DNA of 64,000 nucleotides, taken from the NCBI RefSeq assembly GCF_001194135.2, contig NC_068981.1, positions 120,656,117 through 120,720,116 on the forward strand. Reading direction: 5' to 3'. This document shows positions 1-14,003 of the stretch, piece by piece. Position 1 is the first letter of the stretch, and each line of letters opens with the position of its first letter. This DNA is from Octopus bimaculoides (taxonomy: Eukaryota). Position numbers and translations under genes: made by a program. The notes beneath the pieces were generated by a model. That model saw nothing but the letters and a program-made list of their open reading frames with translations, was not told the DNA's origin and ran no database searches.

Positions 1-706
1 CCCTCAATGAACATATATAAGAAATATAACATAATCCGTCAAACATAAGGAATAAGAAGAAATAACGCAAGAAGAAATAATAAATAAAAAATATAGCATA
101 TAGTATAAAATTTTTATACATGAATATATTGTTTCAACCGATAACATACAACTGAAAAAAATTGAGTTAAAGGTATAATACAATACACGTAAATATCATT
201 TCATAGAAGTTAAAAATAATACGAATAAAAATTTCAAATATATATTATAATAATATAATATAATATAAGTCGATATAGAAAAAAGTAAAATAAAATGAAG
301 AAATGAGGTACCATAAAGTAGTCCATCGGTTGAAAATCAAGGACTGAAGTGATTTAACACCATTTAGAGTTAAAGTTCAAAGTTCTTCATCTCCCTGGGG
401 CACATTTCACAACTCAAAACCAGTAGACATCAAAAGGCAAGTCCACACCAGTTAGGCACACACAAGAACGAACAACAGGCACTCAGCAGGTATCAGCAGG
501 CAAAACATGTAAAATTCAATTCCACTCACCAGGTCCAAAAATGGTTCACAACACATGAGTCAAAAACAATTACAGCACCCAGCAGGTACCAATCAGTAAA
601 AACAATTTCACGAAACCCTGTACAACACCTATGACCATTTCAGAGGTACGCCACTGTATTTCAAAACACAATAGAGTGTAAACTGGTGATGACCCCCTCG
701 TCAGGG

Positions 707-750
<44 letters not shown>

Positions 751-787
751 TGCATATATGTATATACACACATATATATACATATAT

Positions 788-1107
788 NNNNNNNNNNNNN
801 NNNNNNNNNNNNNNNNNNNNNNNNNNNNNNNNNNNNNNNNNNNNNNNNNNNNNNNNNNNNNNNNNNNNNNNNNNNNNNNNNNNNNNNNNNNNNNNNNNNN
901 NNNNNNNNNNNNNNNNNNNNNNNNNNNNNNNNNNNNNNNNNNNNNNNNNNNNNNNNNNNNNNNNNNNNNNNNNNNNNNNNNNNNNNNNNNNNNNNNNNNN
1001 NNNNNNNNNNNNNNNNNNNNNNNNNNNNNNNNNNNNNNNNNNNNNNNNNNNNNNNNNNNNNNNNNNNNNNNNNNNNNNNNNNNNNNNNNNNNNNNNNNNN
1101 NNNNNNN
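788..1107. other. Assembly gap (N run)
   Basis: Run of N flanked on the left by a (TA)n microsatellite. Confidence 0.99.
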
Positions 1108-1192
1108 ACTTTCTGTTTCCTATCAGTATTTGCAAAGGGAAGTCATCCTTCCCATCATATATATATATGTATTTAAATGTATATACATATAG

Positions 1193-1230
<38 letters not shown>

Positions 1231-1320
1231 AACAATTAGAAAATGGAGGATAATATGCTGAACCCAACTACTTGCAGGCGGTGTATCCCGTTGAATTCAT
1301 TAGTTTAAACTCTCTCACGT

Positions 1321-1355
<35 letters not shown>

Positions 1356-4350
1356 ATGTATTTATATATGTAGATATCAGTTTGCTAAGTTTGAATGCTA
1401 ATGGGTTAATTAATTTACTTCAAGTTGTGTCATGCTGATGATTTCTAATAACTATGAAATAGTGTTACATATGATTATCAGTGGCTAGAAATTTTCAGAA
1501 GTTAACAATACGTAAAAAAAAAAATCAAAAAAATCAAAAACAAAATGAATATGTGCATCCTATGCGTCTTTTACTTTCTTTAATTTCATATTCACAGTTT
1601 TAATCCCACCAAATATTATGAAGAAATCATTATCTCTCTTGTATTAACTGTCTGCTAGGAGATTACCATATGTTAGAGAAGGAGATGGTATTGATGAAAA
1701 ATGAGAAGAAAATAAAATGAAATATTTTGGTTAGAGGCAAAATGTGTCTACAAGAGTCTTAGAATAGCTACATCATGTTGTAAGGGATGTAAGAGGTGAC
1801 TAAAAGGGGTGGTGACAGGAAAGGCGTCTAGTTGTAAAACGCTAGCTCAAAAAGTTCTGTCCAACTCAGGCAGAAGGAACAGAAAAATGATGACGATGAT
1901 GATGCAAGTAGTCCATTGCATTTGCAGTTTTTAGAACATTTGCTGTTTTTTGTTTTAAACAACACTCTTGGCATCAGTTTCATGATGTTTAGAGAACCAC
2001 CACCATCACCATCGTTATAATAATAATTGTCATCAACAACAATAACATTTTAATATCTGTTTTTCGATGCTGGCAAAAGTTGCATAAGTTTCACTGTATA
2101 ACATGTTGCTCTCATTTTAATGTTTTGTCATCTGATGCAGATAACCCAGTAAGATGTCTGACTGCACCACACTTGTCTCATATCTGCCTACATCTTTCTC
2201 AGCTGCGTCTGTCTTCCACTATCAAAACCTGTAACTTCTTCATCCAGCATTCATTTCTATCATTTATCAATATCGTTTCTATTACATTTTGACTTTGTTT
2301 TTTTTATTTTGATACTTCCTGTAGAGTGTTGTTTATCAGCATTTTTCTGTCAAAAATCAGTCATTCCCACCACCATCATATCTGTTTCTCCATGCTTGTG
2401 TGGGTTGTATGGCTCTCAGTATTTTTCTTATGGTCTATCATCATCTGGTACTCACACACACACACACACAAGCATCTTTGTTGTGTTTTTTTCACATGGA
2501 TTTTACACCTGGCTACCCTCCTTATCTCCACCTCCTGTACTGGATGGATGAACATGCCACTAGCATTAAAGATTTTATCTGCAACAAAGCTAAAGTATCC
2601 TTACTATTCTACATTAGTATTTATTCAGAGTTGCTGCTCTTTCAGACAGGTTGTCCTTGCTGTAGCTTGCAGATATGGCATTGCTATTTGTTTCACCCTT
2701 TCTTTGCTATGTTTTATAACAGGATACCCCTCATATCACTAACCACTTTACAACTCAGACTGAGTGTATTTTATTGTACCAATATCTATCCACAAAGGAA
2801 TTGAAATTCTAAAACCAAGGTGTCATATAAAAAGCAACGGTGTGGATGCTGGTGCCAAATAAAAATTATTGATGTTGGTGCCACTTAAAAAGCACTGGTA
2901 ATGATGTCACATAAAAAGCATCCAGTACACTCTGTGGAGTGGTTGGCGTTAGAAAGGGCATCCAGCCATAGAAACTAGGCCAAATTAGACTATGGAACTT
3001 GGTGTGGCCCCTGGCCTTGCCAGTTCCTATCAACCAATGCCAGCATGGAAAACAGACATTAAATGGTGATGATGATAATGATCTATTGTTATTCATTAGA
3101 ACTAGTTGTTAATAATCAAGGAGCAAATTTGCATAATTTTCAATGTACTAAACTGCTTTAGTTCTTTTTTGTATTGTTATTTGTAACTCAGATTGAATTG
3201 AATATCTAATTTATCTTTAGTTCTTCCTATTTCTACTTACATGCTCTCTCTTCTTTATTCTAATGTTAGTATAAGCTTAAACCATTTCTCTTTCTCTCTA
3301 CCTCACAACAAATATCACATCCTGTAGAATTCAGCTTTCTCCTTTAGCTACAGTGCATGTTTTGAACTCTGCACTAACTGCACAAATCTCTTTCCTTCCA
3401 ATCTCCTGATCTGAAAGAATTGCTATCAGTTATGAAAAGCCCTCTCCTTCCTCAGGTACCAAGGGCATAAACACTGGTTGGCATCTTTTAAACACTGTTG
3501 CTCTTTAGATTGAAAGTCATTGATCTTTATCCCAAGAAACTGTTTAAATCCCATATTGTGGTGGTTCGTTCTTGATGCACTGAGGCTGAAATACAAATAA
3601 TTTCATTTTCTTATTTCACCACTGTTATTAGGCATGTGTTCATCTTTTCTAAGAGCATAGCCTCCCTGTCTACAAATTTAACTCTGAGAAAGAAGGGCTT
3701 TGTAAGGCAGAACTGCAATATTTCAGTGATATCTCAGTGAGTCTCTCCTTTATAGTTCCTTATTTTAATTCAGTATACTCTACCACAGCATTGTCATTAT
3801 ATCTAGTATTGTTATTTCATTCACATCCATTAGAAGTTCACATTCAAATTACTCTTTCAAATGCAATGCTTATTTATTCACATTATTTTGAATTAGTCAT
3901 GAATCATCTCATAACCTTTGAAATTTTGACGATGTGATTGTTTCTTTTTAGAATGACATTGTAGGGTGGGTGTGAGAGACCAGATCTTGCCAGTTTGAAC
4001 ATAAAGCTAGTAGAATATTTAGGTATGATATGGGCAGTTTAAATATTAAAGGGTTAAAGTTACTTTTTGTCTGAATCAGAAGGTTTTATCAAACTAGTAT
4101 AGTGCTTATCTCCAATTTCTGAATAACATTGGGTGATTGATGAATCTTCCTGAATAGGATGCTAGTCAAACCAAATGTAGATTTTTTCACATAGGATAAA
4201 TTGAATTTGGTACAGTACTGTCACTGCAGTACCCACTTACAACTAAGTGGATATGAATGTTAACTGATTAGTGTCTTCATTGCATGCAAAATAAACCAAC
4301 AATAGGATGTGAGTTGCCTACTCAAGCTGATTTTCTCCAACCTTCTTTAC

Positions 4351-4533
4351 TTAACCCTTTCGTTACTGTATTTTGAGATGCTCTGTGTTTCTTTCCGTTA
4401 CTTTAAATATAACAAAGAATTTAGTAAAATAACTTATTTATCATTCAGCTAGTGTTAGGAACATAGATTGTGACAAGACATTTGCACTCAGAGCCAGAGC
4501 TGGTTTCAGCTGGGTTGGTAACGAAAGGGTTAA
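4351..4533. mobile_element. piggyBac-like TTAA MITE
   Basis: TTAA-CCCTTTCGTTAC ... GTAACGAAAGGG-TTAA, perfect 12-bp TIR. Confidence 0.85.
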
Positions 4534-5372
4534 AGTGAAAGTTATAATTCTAGCTTACTTCAAGGTGAAACAGAGAGGCAATTTAATCTATAGCATTGTC
4601 AATTTTCTCTATCTAACCAATGAGCTTCATTCCACTGAAATCACACTTCACCGAAAGAATCTGCTGTTATTATCTTATCTCTACATCATTTACTTTTTAT
4701 GTTTTCACTTTTTTGCTGATTCTAGTAGAATTTTCATGACTTTTCATTTTAGATTTCAACACTTATACATACCAAGCATACAACTTCAATCTTCCCTCAG
4801 CTTCAGTCTTCCTTTGAGTTGATTTAAAAACAACTATTTCCCTCTTTATCCACTGCTGTTAAAAACAAGTAATGCAATGTGTTCAAGCTTATCTGCTGTA
4901 CTTCTCTTCCTGCACAGTACGCTATTATATTGCAGATTTTGCTCTTGTAAATCTAAATATCTCTTGGGCATTGATCAGCTCTTAATGACTCATGTTTAAC
5001 CCTTTGACATTCAGACTGGCCATATCCAGCCCAAATATTCTACTTGTTTTATGTTGAAACCAACCAGATCAAACCTCTCACACCTATCCTGTTATTTAAC
5101 TACAGTGTAACACAATGTGACAAAGGTGGACCATTGAATTACAGATGCAATCCATTTAACAGGATTCTACACAAGTTCCATCTATTTCAGTTCCACTCAC
5201 AAGCTATGGGTCTGATCTAAGGTCACAGAAAATAACAATATTTCCCAAGATGTCACACAGTGGAATTAAACTGTTAATTCATGATAAAGTGAAGTGAAGT
5301 TCTTAACCATTCCACCATACAGTGTTCTATGACATTTCTGCAATCAATATTTCAACTGAGTTTCAATTTTAG

Positions 5373-5437
5373 GTGAAGTCAAGCTGAGGCCACCAAATGA
5401 TGGTTATGTTAGATTGGATTCGTTTGAAAGCTGTTAA
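5373..5437 (+). CDS. Candidate terminal coding exon (x-EVKLRPPNDGYVRLDSFESC*) of an unidentified upstream gene
   Basis: Acceptor tttcaattttAG at 5371-72, only one frame open for 20 codons to TAA, followed by about 700 bp of non-repetitive 3'UTR-like sequence; no homology recognised. Confidence 0.3.
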
Positions 5438-6217
5438 GCGTAGTATGACATGAATATGATGATGAAACTAGCGTGGCAATACTTGTGTGCCGTATACATG
5501 TCTCATATTCCAGTTTTTAGAAAGCCTACTTCAGCAGCATGACAAGAGCATATGTTATGTGCAGAGTTCACTGAAAGCAAAGTGGCTGCTCATTACAGAT
5601 TGTGACCAGTTAAAAGCCACTCAACTAAGGGTAGTAATAGACAGTACTGATGGAAATATGTATATTTCCATTACCATACTTAAATCACTAATATGTTTGA
5701 TAAAATCATGAATGCATTAACTTTTCATTTCCTCCTTACTATATAAAAATCTAAAACAAACATCACATGCCTCATGTTTTTTTTTTGTTTTTGTTTTTGA
5801 AGGAAATAATTAAAGATAGCACCTGATAAGCAAATTTGACTTTGTAACTGAAACTAATGGGGATTTTGCCATGACGACTCTGTTAGTTTCAGAAGGTAAT
5901 TTTATTTGCAGTCTAATACAAGAATAAGTTAAATATTAAAGTTGTCTGTGATCATTTCCATTTTAGTTAAACTTGATATGTACCAAAAGAAGTGTGCACC
6001 AGTAATAACAATAATTTGCTATCTGTCCTTGTGTTGGCCTTTTGTCAGATTTGTTTAATAACCATATGTCTTGTTTTCCTGATGAACATCTCTCATTGAA
6101 AATCAGTGGCTTCTGACTTGTTTCTGTGTTGGGGTTTATTAACCCCCTTGTTGCCTTATTTTTGTTGAAATACACTGCTCTTGTTAGTATTAAATGTGAA
6201 AATAACGAAGAAATAAC

Positions 6218-6583
6218 GGAGTGGCTGTGTGATAAGTAGCTTGCTTACCAACCACATGGTTCCGGGTTCAGTGTCTTCTACTATAGCCTCGGGCCGACCA
6301 AAGCCTTGTGAGTGGATATGGTAGACGGAAACTGAAAGAAGCCCGTCATATATATGTATATGTATACATATATGTGTGTTTGTGTGTCTGTGTTTGTCCC
6401 CCCCAACATCGCTTGACAACCGATGCTGGTGTGTTTACGTCCCCATAACTTAGCGGTTCGGCAAAAGACTCCGATAGAATAAGTACTAGGCTTACAAAGA
6501 ATAAGTCCTGGGGTCGATTTGCTTGACTAAAGGTGGTGCTCCAGCATGGCCGCAGTCAAAATGACTGAAACAAGTAAAAGAGT
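6218..6583 (+). mobile_element. tRNA-derived SINE family B, young CpG-rich copy; further copies or fragments at about 8700-8870, 20180-20330, 21235-22045, 31815-32000, 35455-35960, 37495-37930, 46200-46345, 47270-47460, 49790-49985, 50160-50820, 56570-56720, 58920-59270
   Basis: Head ggagtggctgtgtg..ggttccgggttcag, central (ccttgggcaa)gtgtcttctactatagcctcgggccgaccaaagcc, internal (TA/TG)n, tail ...cagtcaaaatgactgaaacaagtaaaagagt. Confidence 0.85.
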
Positions 6584-7224
6584 AATTTAGTAAAATAACT
6601 TTTTCATTGTTAAGGTGGTGTTTGGAACATAAATTAACATGACATTTTGATAGAAGGTGTTAATATAAATCACTTTAAAACAGTAAGTTTGTAGCCTGAA
6701 ACCGCTAAGTCATCTTTTGTATTGTATTTTTCACTTGTGTCAGTCATTGGACTGTGGCCATGCTGGAGTACTGCTTCAAAGTGTTTAGTTTAACAAATCA
6801 ACTGCAGGACTTATTTTTAAGCCTGGTACTTATTCTATCTGTCTCTTTTGTTGAACTGCTAAGTTATTGGTATGTAAACAAACCAATGCTTGTTGTCTAG
6901 TGGTGGTGGTGGGAGGGGGGACATAACAGAACAGAAACATAAAGACACTGTCGCACATAGATGTATATATAAAACCCCCACCCTCACCATCTACTACCAC
7001 TGATGCTTCGTGAGATGTCACCTGGACACCTCCACACCACTGTCTATCTTCTTGAAGACATCTCACATTCATTCATTCTGTCTGTCTCTCTCCTAAAAAT
7101 GAATAGCCATGTAGTTCTTCTACAAGAAGAACCTGCTCTACCCCCAACCTCTTCCCTCATACTTTAACCTTCATCTAACACATGGAGGCAACATCCTCTC
7201 TCCTTGGGTTGTAGTCTTGCAAGC

Positions 7225-7481
7225 TGCAAGTTGACCTCAGTAGCACTGGTAGCATGAAGAAAGCACCAGTGCACACTCTAAAGTGGTTAGCATTAGAAAG
7301 AGCATCCTGCTGTAGTAATCATGCCAAAGCAGACCCGGGAGCACAGTGCTGACCTTTGACTCATTGGATTCTTGTGAAACTGTCCAACTCATTCCAGCAT
7401 GGAACATGGATGTTAAGTGATGATGATAATGATGATGATTATCTAACTGTCTGTCTGTCTCTTTCTCTCTCTCCTCCCTCG

Positions 7482-7517
<36 letters not shown>

Positions 7518-7980
7518 ATATGTTGGTGCCACATAAAAAACACTTGTGCTGGTGCCATGTGCAAGCACTCATGCTGGTAGCACATTAAAAGCACCCGGCA
7601 CATACTGTAAAGTGGTTGGCATTAGGAAGGGCATCCAGCCGTAGAAAGCAAAATCAGAATATAATGTGATGCAGCTCTTCAGCTGGCCAGCCACAGTCAA
7701 ACCATCCAACCCATCTCAGCATGGAACATGGATGTTAAGTGATGATGATGATGACGATGATGTCTGTCTGTCTGTCGCTGGTGCTATGTAAAAGTGTTCA
7801 TGCTGGTGGCATGTTAAAAGCACCCAGCACACACTGTAAAGTAATTGACATTAGGAATGGCATCCAGCTGTAGAAACCAAGCCAAATCAGACAAGAGCCT
7901 GGTGTAGCTCTCCTGCTTGCTAACTCTGGTCAAACTGTCCAATCCATGCCAGCATGGAAAATGGATGTTAAAGGATGATG
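7225..7980 (+). mobile_element. Three consecutive copies of a (GAT)n-tailed element (family C); further copies about 2830-3077, 26230-26540, 27850-28060(-), 32265-32660, 32700-32945(-), 34895-35065(-), 38745-38915(-), 39958-40140(-), 56995-57190, 58078-58320(-)
   Basis: Shared gtggttggc.ttaggaagggcatccagc.gtagaaa...ccaacccatgccagcatggaa..ggacgttaaatgatgatg; the same tail type follows the RTE fragment at 45435-45550. Confidence 0.8.
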
Positions 7981-9346
7981 ATATCTATCTATATGCATAA
8001 AAAAGACCAAAAAAAAAAACAAGAAAAAAACAAAACAGAAAAACAGAAAGAGCTGCATGTCTTCAATTGAAAATGATGGATTCTTCTGGTCATTGTCTGG
8101 ATTAAACCATACAACACCGAACAGAAAATTTAACCAAACATTTCATGTTGTCAAATGCAATTTGTAGACAAGTGATTAAAAAGACATCATTAAAATGCAC
8201 ATATTTTTATAGGAAAATCCCTGACTTCTATGCATTTATATGTGTGTGTGTACATGCAGGTGTGCATGTGTGTAAATGACTTACATGAATACTACTGAAG
8301 GCTGATCAGCCATGGCATGGCCTTGTGTCTTAGTTTTCATAATCAGAAAATAAATATGGCATCTGATTCAGCTATGATAATGGATGATGGCTGCAAAGAT
8401 AACAATGATGATAGTAAAATCACCACCACCACCGCCACCACCACCACCACCATCATCATTTTTATGTCTGCTTTTCCATGCTTGCTTGTGTCAGAATTCA
8501 TGATCACAGATTTTATACACCCAGATACCCTTTCTGTTACCAACCCTCATGTCACGGCCAGACATGATCGTACAGTTGATTGCAAATGAAAGACACCACT
8601 TGAATGACAGTAACACAACTGTTGCATGATGTCAAGACAAAGAAATACACACACACTCACACACACACACCACACACGCACACATACCCCCCACACACAC
8701 TCATGCATATAAACAATGGCTTTCCTTCAGCCCACCCCTACCAGATCTACTCATCAGAGTTTGATTGGCTAAGGGCTATAGTAGAAAACACTATCGCAAG
8801 GTGCCATGCTCTAGGACTGAACCTGAAACTCTGTGGTTAAGAAACAAACTTCTTCAGCATACAGTCATGCCTTAAAATGATAATAAGGATTTCAGATTTT
8901 GGCACAATGCCAACAGTTTTAGGGGTAGAGGTTAGTCCATTATATTGACCCAGGATTCAACTGGTGCTTATTTTATCAACTTCTAAAGAATGAAAGGTAA
9001 AGTTGATTTTAGCAGAATTTGAACTCGGAACATAAAGATGGATGAAATACCACTAAGCATCTTGACCAGCATGTTAATAATTCTGCTAGCTCACCACCTT
9101 AATAATAATAATCCTTTCTGCTATAGGCACAAGACATGAAATTTTGGGTGGGTTGGGGAGAGTAAGTCAGTTACATTGACCCCTGTACTCATCTGGTACT
9201 TTTTATCATAATTGATAATTTTATCAACCCCAAAATGATGAAAAACAAAATCAACCTCAGTGGAATTTGAACTCAAAACATAGAGACAGACGAAATGCTG
9301 CCAAGCATTCTGTCTGGTGTGCTAATAATTCTACCAGCTCACCATC

Positions 9347-9378
<32 letters not shown>

Positions 9379-9406
9379 CATAATAATCATAATAATCATA
9401 ATCATC

Positions 9407-9455
<49 letters not shown>

Positions 9456-9490
9456 CGATGACGATGATGATGATGATGATGATGATGGTA
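9347..9490. repeat. Compound microsatellite (AAT)n-(CATAATAAT)n-(GAT)n
   Basis: Directly visible. Confidence 0.95.
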
Positions 9491-11089
9491 AAAGTAATAA
9501 TAATTCGTAATATACAGATATGGCCAGAAATTTGGGTAAAGGGAAACAGTTGATTGCATTAATGCCATGACATGACTGGCCCTTAGAATGCTATTACATG
9601 GCTAACTCTAGAACAGATAAACAGTGAAGTTGACTTCAGCAGGTTTTCAATGAAATACCACTTCTGTATTTTGTTAGAAGCTCTAATGATTCTTCCAATG
9701 ACAGAAATGATAGAGTTCTGAATAAGTGAATTGTGATATTTAGTATTTTCTATATATTCTAAATCCTAATCCTGCTGAGGTAAGTGTTATTTTTTTTTTT
9801 TTTTTTTTTGTGTTAAGTTGACTATGTTCCTTTCCTCAAATTTTGTAGTATTGTGCAAATGTTAAAATTCACTATTATTCTATATCAGTGAAGATCTGAG
9901 GTTGAGTTAATTGTTTATTCCCACCTCTCAAAGTTTATAACTTCGTGCTCATGTTAGCAATTTTCACTGGATTGTCTGAAATGCCTTATAGTATTTAAAT
10001 ATGTCCCAAGTTAAAATATCCCTCCAGAGTTACTTTTACCTTTGGACCTTCTTGTGTTCATCAAAATAAGTGCCAGGGAAGTACTGTGGTTGATCAAGTC
10101 AACTATACATGCTCCCTAAATTTGATGCCTTGTGCCTGTGTTAAAAATAATGGTAATCTACAATAGGGTGAGGAGAATTATCATTATTGCTTTATATGCT
10201 AAGAATTATACTGATCATTATTGATAATTACTGCATTATGCTGAGAATTATACTGATTTCATGGTGGGGCAGCATCCTGGGGCCTTTGAATAATCGGGGG
10301 GGGGGGGGCATAATACTTTAAAAAATTTTGAAACCTGATAGCAGGGTATATTATGCTAAACTTATGAAGTAACTTAATTAGCCAAGCATTTATCAAGTTA
10401 AACTCTACCCCAACTTCTTTTATCAAATTTTGATGGATGATTAAGTTAGTATACTGTGATATAAATTAGTTGGTCCCCCATTGGTATTGACATAAACTTG
10501 GTTGCATAATTTATGAATCAGTTAGTAGTCTTTAATTAGTATCATTCTTTAAAACAAAGATATGCAAACACAAAAGTTGGGTTCTCTTTACCAGGTGGAT
10601 GTTATGTGTGCTTTTTCTGGTACTTTTGATAAGCAAAGATTAATTAAACCACCAAATATGGTTGTCTTTTGATGGTAGATGTGTCTATATTTATTCATTT
10701 TATTACTAACTAATAACTCGCTTTGAAAAGAAATATTTCCTAACATTGACCTGATATGTAGATTTATCTAATTTACCATTTTCAGAACTATTGAAAGTGT
10801 CTGTAATATATATTTCTGTATTCCACAAAGATGGCAGATTCTTCTGCTACCTTTACATAGGTTGTCATTCATTGCCTCATATGTCAACTACTCGGGAATA
10901 ACTAGAATCAATAAAACGAAATCATTTGCATAAAATGTCAGTGGTATCCAGTTAACCTTGCAAAATGTTCTGAAACTTAATGTAATACTATAGACAAGAA
11001 GGGCAGTAATGAAAGACATTAAATACATGTCCTCTATCAGATGCATACTCATGTCATCTATCTAGTTAAACATTCTTGCTCCTATTAAC

Positions 11090-11790
11090 ATCTGCAACAT
11101 ATTATTAGAGGCAACTGATACCACTGTTGATATTGAAGTGGACAATGTTGAAGTGTTTATAGAAAATCTGCAGAAAACTGAGATCAGTTTGACACTCTGT
11201 TGACAGGATCAAAACATCTCACTTACAATTTGTAAACTGAAATTAAACTACAAGCAAATGAGAGAAAATTAAAGAAATTTTTTGATGAGAACTACTCAAG
11301 TGATGAAAGCTAGGTAAAATATTCAGTCATATATAGAATCATTATTTTGGACATCTGTTTCTTATGTTGTTGATTCTGTCATTGGTTGTCTAATGAGAAG
11401 ATTTGAAGCTGCCAAGAAAATTTCTGATACTTTTTATTCCTCTGGAAATACCTGTCTATAGACAGGTAAAACCTTTTGCCCATAGCATATGTGTCATTTG
11501 CAGAAATTTACAAGACTGATATCAAGAGCAAAAGGCTTGCAAATAAATTAATCAACGTTAAATGTGTGATTGTGTGATATACTGTGGTAACTTTGGGGAA
11601 GTACAACTTGAACTGTGAATATGCTTGACAAAATTTGTAAAGTTTCTTCATATTTGTGCCTTGCTCTACATTATTTTCTAAATGCCTGTAGCTTCCAAGC
11701 CTCAGCAGAATATTCATTCAGTAAACTTGAACTGATAAAGAACTATCTCAGAGTAAACACGTCCTAAGATCATTTGATGACAGCTTGATT
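11090..11790 (+). mobile_element. hAT-family (ZMYM1-like) transposase remnant including the C-terminal dimerisation motif
   Basis: 11702-11761 reads SAEYSFSKLELIKNYLRVNT (consensus SAERSFSKLKLIKNYLRST); upstream VVDSVIGCLMRRFEAAKKISDTF. Confidence 0.65.
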
Positions 11791-12087
11791 TAACCACAAA
11801 CTGAAACTCTGATGGACATTAAATGGTGATGCTGATTATTGTTGTTGTTGTTAAGGGGTTGCATTGGCAGAATCATTAGCACACTGAGCAAAATGCTTTG
11901 CCGCATTTCGTTCACCTTTACATTCTGAGTTCAAATTCTGCCAAGATCGACTTTGCCTTTCCTCATTTCAGGGTTGATAAATTAAGTATTAGTCAAGTGC
12001 TGGGGTTGATTTGATCAACTATCCCCCTCCCCTCAAATCCTCAAATTCCAGATCTTGTGCCTATAGTAGAAAAGATTATTATTATTA

Positions 12088-12335
12088 TTTCTTTTTATCT
12101 CAGGCTTTGTTGGAACTCCTGGTGTCTTGCATGCGTAGCAGGCGTGCTGCCTGCTGCCTATGGTACCATGCTATCTGTTCTTTTCAACTATCTAATACTT
12201 TCCTGATTATTCTGGCCGTGCCAAGTTGGCAAACCTTTTGTAACAGTTCTACTGGCCACTCTATTCCAATTTCCTTTATTTTCCTCTTGATGCCTTCTGC
12301 TATTGTCCCCAGGGGCATAACAATAATTGGCACTG
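12088..12335 (-). mobile_element. 5'-truncated R4/Dong-like copy: last 49 codons of the ORF plus 3'UTR ending in (TAA)n
   Basis: Reverse strand reads VPIIVMPLGTIAEGIKRKIKEIGIEWPVELLQKVCQLGTARIIRKVLDS*, the typical C-terminus of R4-clade ORFs, then about 95 nt of UTR and taataataa. Confidence 0.8.
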
Positions 12336-12346
12336 TTATTATTAAT

Positions 12347-12769
12347 GAGTGCGAGAGTAGCACATGCCATCAAAATAACACTGGGGTACAAATGTATGAA
12401 GCCCAATATACTCATCATGGCTACTTGTTTTGTAAGGGTACACAAAGCATATGCATCACAGCCATATGTGCATGACATGGTGACCTCATATCAAGATAAA
12501 GAGCGCATGACTTTGTGGGTGGGGTTCAGTTAGAAATTTCTTCATGTCAAGTAGCCCATCCTGCTCAAAAGGTCCTTGAATAAAGGTTGTTTAAGGACGA
12601 TGAACAAAATATACTGTTTCCAGAGGTGAATTATTCAAACCCACAAAAACTCCACTTGACAACTGACTTTGATGCCGCCCCTGCTTCTCTTGCTTGTGAT
12701 CAGAGATGTACACATTGTCAGCCACAATGTCAAGCAACCAACATGTAAATCTGCATCTGTTGTATGAAG

Positions 12770-12770
<1 letters not shown>
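12347..12770 (-). mobile_element. Non-coding (TAA)n-tailed interspersed element 'X', copy 1
   Basis: Aligns by eye with 60253-60490; flanked on both sides by ATT/TAA repeats; no ORF recognised. Confidence 0.7.
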
Positions 12771-12823
<53 letters not shown>

Positions 12824-13799
12824 TATTATTATTATTATTACTATTATTATTAAGGCAGTGAGCTGACAGAATTGTTAGCATGCTGGGCGAAATGCGTAGT
12901 AGTATTTTGTCTGTTGCTATGTTCTGAGTTCAAATTTCACCAAGGTCAGTTTTGCCTTTCATCCTTTTGGGGTCGATGAATTAAGTACCAATAAAATACT
13001 GAGGTTGATGTAATTGACTCATCCCATCCCCCAAAATTGCTGCCCTTGTGGCAAAATTTGAAACCATTATTATTATTATAATAAAGTGGCAAGCTGACAA
13101 AATTGTTAGCATACAGGGCAAAATGCTTAATGGCATTTTATCCATCTTTATGTTCTGAGTTCAAATTCCACTGAGGTTGACTTTGGCTTCCATTCTTTCA
13201 GGGTCGATAAATTAAGTATCAGTTGAGTACTGGGGTCAATGTTATTGACTTAACCCCCCCCCCATTTAATGCCTTGTGCCTATAGTTGAAAGGATTATTA
13301 CTATTATTATTATTATTATAGAACATTTTGCACATAGGAGGCACACAAAACACTTCTGAAAAATGAAGACATGAGTAGTTACTGTATGATCTTTCTAAAT
13401 AAATAAATAGATAGTTAAAATGTTGCATTTTGTTTCGATTCTAATAATTTGTGGTTTGGAGGCTTGTAAATCTGTTTCACCCTGAGTATAAATCTTTCTC
13501 TTAACAACCCTGATTATATCTCATCTCAGCTACAGCCCCTTGCTTTAGAGCATGTAATTCAGTACATTAACTAACTATTTAGTTTAACTGATTTCTTTTG
13601 ACTCTGCCTATGGTTGGGCAGGCTATTTTTCTTATATCAATCCCTGTATATTAGTGTTACTTATCCTGTCAATGACACCAGCAAATTCATGCAAATTTCA
13701 AACATAAAACAGTCAGACACTGAACTAGATATGAAAGAAAGCAGCTTGCTTTCCGTTCTAATGCCTCAATGATATCTATAAAATAAATATATATAAAAA

Positions 13800-14003
13800 G
13801 GTATTGGAATAGTAATAGAGTGCCCAGTAGAGCTGTTACAAAAGGTTTGTCTCCTTGGCACAGCCAGAATAATCAGGAAAGTATTAGTTGAAAAGAACAG
13901 ATCACATGGCACCATAGGCTGCAGGTAGCAAGCCTGCTACGCATACACGATTCCAGGAGTTCCAACAAAACCTGAGACATAAAGAACAACGATAATAATA
14001 ATA
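13800..14003 (+). mobile_element. Second 5'-truncated R4/Dong-like 3' end
   Basis: PVELLQKVCLLGTARIIRKVL codons plus the same 3'UTR as the 12088-12335 copy, ending in gataataataata. Confidence 0.8.

Noticed and set aside
640-712. Minus-strand CCCTGACGAGGGGG near the first gap as a hammerhead or PLE terminus
   Set aside because: No GAAA/NUH/stem I arrangement pairs convincingly.
686-1232. ORFs spanning N runs (also 30523-31347)
   Set aside because: Artefacts of assembly gaps and (TA)n repeats.
2326-2804. Hydrophobic plus-strand ORFs as transmembrane exons
   Set aside because: They run through (CA)n and have no usable splice donor; possibly very old LINE debris.
7520-7830. Repeated gctggtgccacataaaaagcac units as a CRISPR-like array
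   Set aside because: Eukaryotic context; these are internal sub-repeats of family C with irregular spacing and non-unique spacers.
9295-9568. Poly-Asn/His/Asp and poly-His/Tyr ORFs
   Set aside because: Translation of a compound trinucleotide microsatellite; no splice or domain support.
9678-9785. Exon-like segment with a strong GAG/GTAAGT donor
   Set aside because: All three frames contain stops and the sequence resembles a decayed SINE-A; could only be a non-coding exon, for which there is no evidence.
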